This document shows positions 62,300 to 64,000 of a DNA stretch of 64,000 nucleotides, one piece after another. Source of the stretch: Octopus bimaculoides (Eukaryota); contig NC_068989.1 of the NCBI RefSeq assembly GCF_001194135.2, positions 28,834,121 to 28,898,120 of the forward strand, in the 5' to 3' direction. The position numbers and the translations under genes are program-made. The notes beneath the pieces are model-generated. The model saw nothing but the letters and a program-made list of their open reading frames with translations, was not told where the DNA came from and ran no database searches. The stretch's first letter is position 1. Every line of letters begins with the position of its first letter.

Positions 62300-63620
62300 G
62301 AAGCCCTAGCCCTATACCCACTTCACTTCTCATCTTCTTGGCACATCATCTGGATATTGTAAGGATTAAGGAAATTGTAATTTATTTAATAAACTATCTA
62401 CCAAACCCTCTGCTAGTGTTTGCACAAATCTTCTTTTCAGGTGTTAGAAAAGTTCCACAACTCTTATCCTCCCAAGTCCACAATTTCAGGGTTGCCACAA
62501 TCAATGTTGGCACATTGAAAGAAAGGACTAGTGAGATCATTGAAATTCTGGGGCAACAGCATGTAGATGTGTGTGGTGTGCAAGAAGTAAGATGGAGGTG
62601 ATACTCCATTGGATTCCTCACGAGTAAGAAATAGAAGTTCAAATTGTGGGTGGTATAGGGATACTTTTGGTGGAAAGTGGGTAGAAAAGGTAATGGAGGT
62701 AGTCAGTGTGTGATTGGGTAGTTAAGCTGAGGCTAAACTTGGATGGATTAACAGTTACATTCGTTTCTGCTTATGCTCCATAGTCTGAGCTGGGTGATGA
62801 CCAGAAAAAATAATTTTATGAGGTCCTACTGCAGACTATCTCAATGACAAATAACAGAGACTTCATTATTGTGGCTGATGACTTCAATGGGCATGTTGGG
62901 TAGCACTCCCATGGATTCCATGGTGTGCATGGAGGTTATGGTTTTGACTCGAGAAATGAGGAGGGAACAAGGCTGCTGGAGTTTTGTGGTGCAAATGATC
63001 TCATAATCTGCAACACTAACTTTAGAAAACCAGCCAGGCACTTGACCACCTATCAGTCTAGTGAATACGTAAGCCAGATTGATTACCTCCTCATCAGACG
63101 ATGAGATGGACAGACGCCTGCAAATGCAATGTCTTTCTCTGTTGAAGAGTGTACAACCCAACATAGGTTACTAGTTAGTGCCTTCAGAATTAGAGCTAGA
63201 AGGGCTCCAAGAAATAAACTAGTTTGGATAAAAAAAGGTTATGGAAGCTCTAAGACCCAGCAAACTGACAGAAATTTAGAGATATTCTAATGGAAGCTTC
63301 GGAGGAGGAATTGGGGACATATAGCTTAGAGGACAATTGGAAGTTCTTGTGTGACAACCTTCTGAGGGCTCCAGACCAAATCTATGGCTAGTGCAAAGTC
63401 CCAGCCAGGCCAAGGGTGACTTGGTGGTGGAACAAGGAGGTAGACAGTTCTATAAAAGCAATGAGACAGGCATGAAAAGACTGGAAATATGGTGGAAGCA
63501 GAGAATTATATTAGGTAACCAGAAGGGAAGCTTGGTGACAATATTTACATAGCAAAAGGTAAGAAATTTACCAATGTTCTACAGCATGAGTAGGAAAGGC
63601 GTGAGGTGTTCAAGATTGAA
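62300..63620 (+). mobile_element. RTE LINE 5' part (APE endonuclease), degenerate
   Basis: Reads FRVATINVGTLK.R..EIIE.L....VDVCGVQEVRWR, ADDFNGHVG, LLEFC.ANDLIICNT.F.KP, QIDY.L. Confidence 0.85.
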
Positions 63621-63629
63621 AAGTAGTAA

Positions 63630-64000
63630 TCATCATTGTTTAACGTCTGTGTTCCATGCTGGCATGGGTTGGACGGTTTGATTGAGGTCTGGAGAGCCAG
63701 CGGCTGCACCAGACTCCAATCTGATCTGGCAATGTTTCTACAGCTGGATGCCCTTCCTCACGCAAACCACTCTGAGAGTGTAGTGGGTGCTTTTTATGTG
63801 CCACCAGCACAGGGGCCAAATAGTTGGGCTTGGCATCGATAATGTTTGGATAGTGCCTTCTACGTGCTACAGCATGGGGGCCAGTCAGAGGGTACTGGCG
63901 TTGGTCACGTTTGGTTGGTGCTTTTTACGTGCCAGTCAGGCAGACGTGGCATTGACCACATTCGGATGGTGCTTTTTACGTGCCACCAGCACGGGAGCCA
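63630..64000 (-). mobile_element. RTE 3' UTR and tail
   Basis: TTTAACGTC...CCATGCTGGCATGGGTTGGACG plus GGTGCTTTTTACGTGCCA subrepeats. Confidence 0.85.

Overview
AT-rich, repeat-dominated animal genomic DNA with several N-gaps. The tRNA-derived SINE and RTE-LINE families and the abundant (TA)n/(CA)n tracts look like octopus or another coleoid cephalopod (inference, not searched). The only host gene I can support is a + strand KDM4/JMJD2 histone demethylase, seen as three coding exons (42263-42394, 49618-49793, 54239-54597). These give 222 codons covering JmjN and the first half of JmjC, with the HxE motif intact; no later exon was recognised in the window. A CpG-retaining unique region at about 29.4-33.3 kb, with YY1/ETS/ZNF143-like motifs, is the likely promoter. 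The rest is decayed mobile DNA: Penelope-like elements, two Ty3/Gypsy relics, a Chapaev3-like transposon with an intron, mariner/maT/pogo/hAT elements, Helitron pieces, RTE and CR1 LINEs, and SINEs. The main points worth a second look are hammerhead-ribozyme folds at Penelope ends, a low-complexity expansion inside a GIY-YIG domain, and repeated local inverted duplications or fold-backs, one with clean microhomology junctions. The 359-nt KDM4 exon also appears to equal three vertebrate exons. I found no convincing new multi-gene system.
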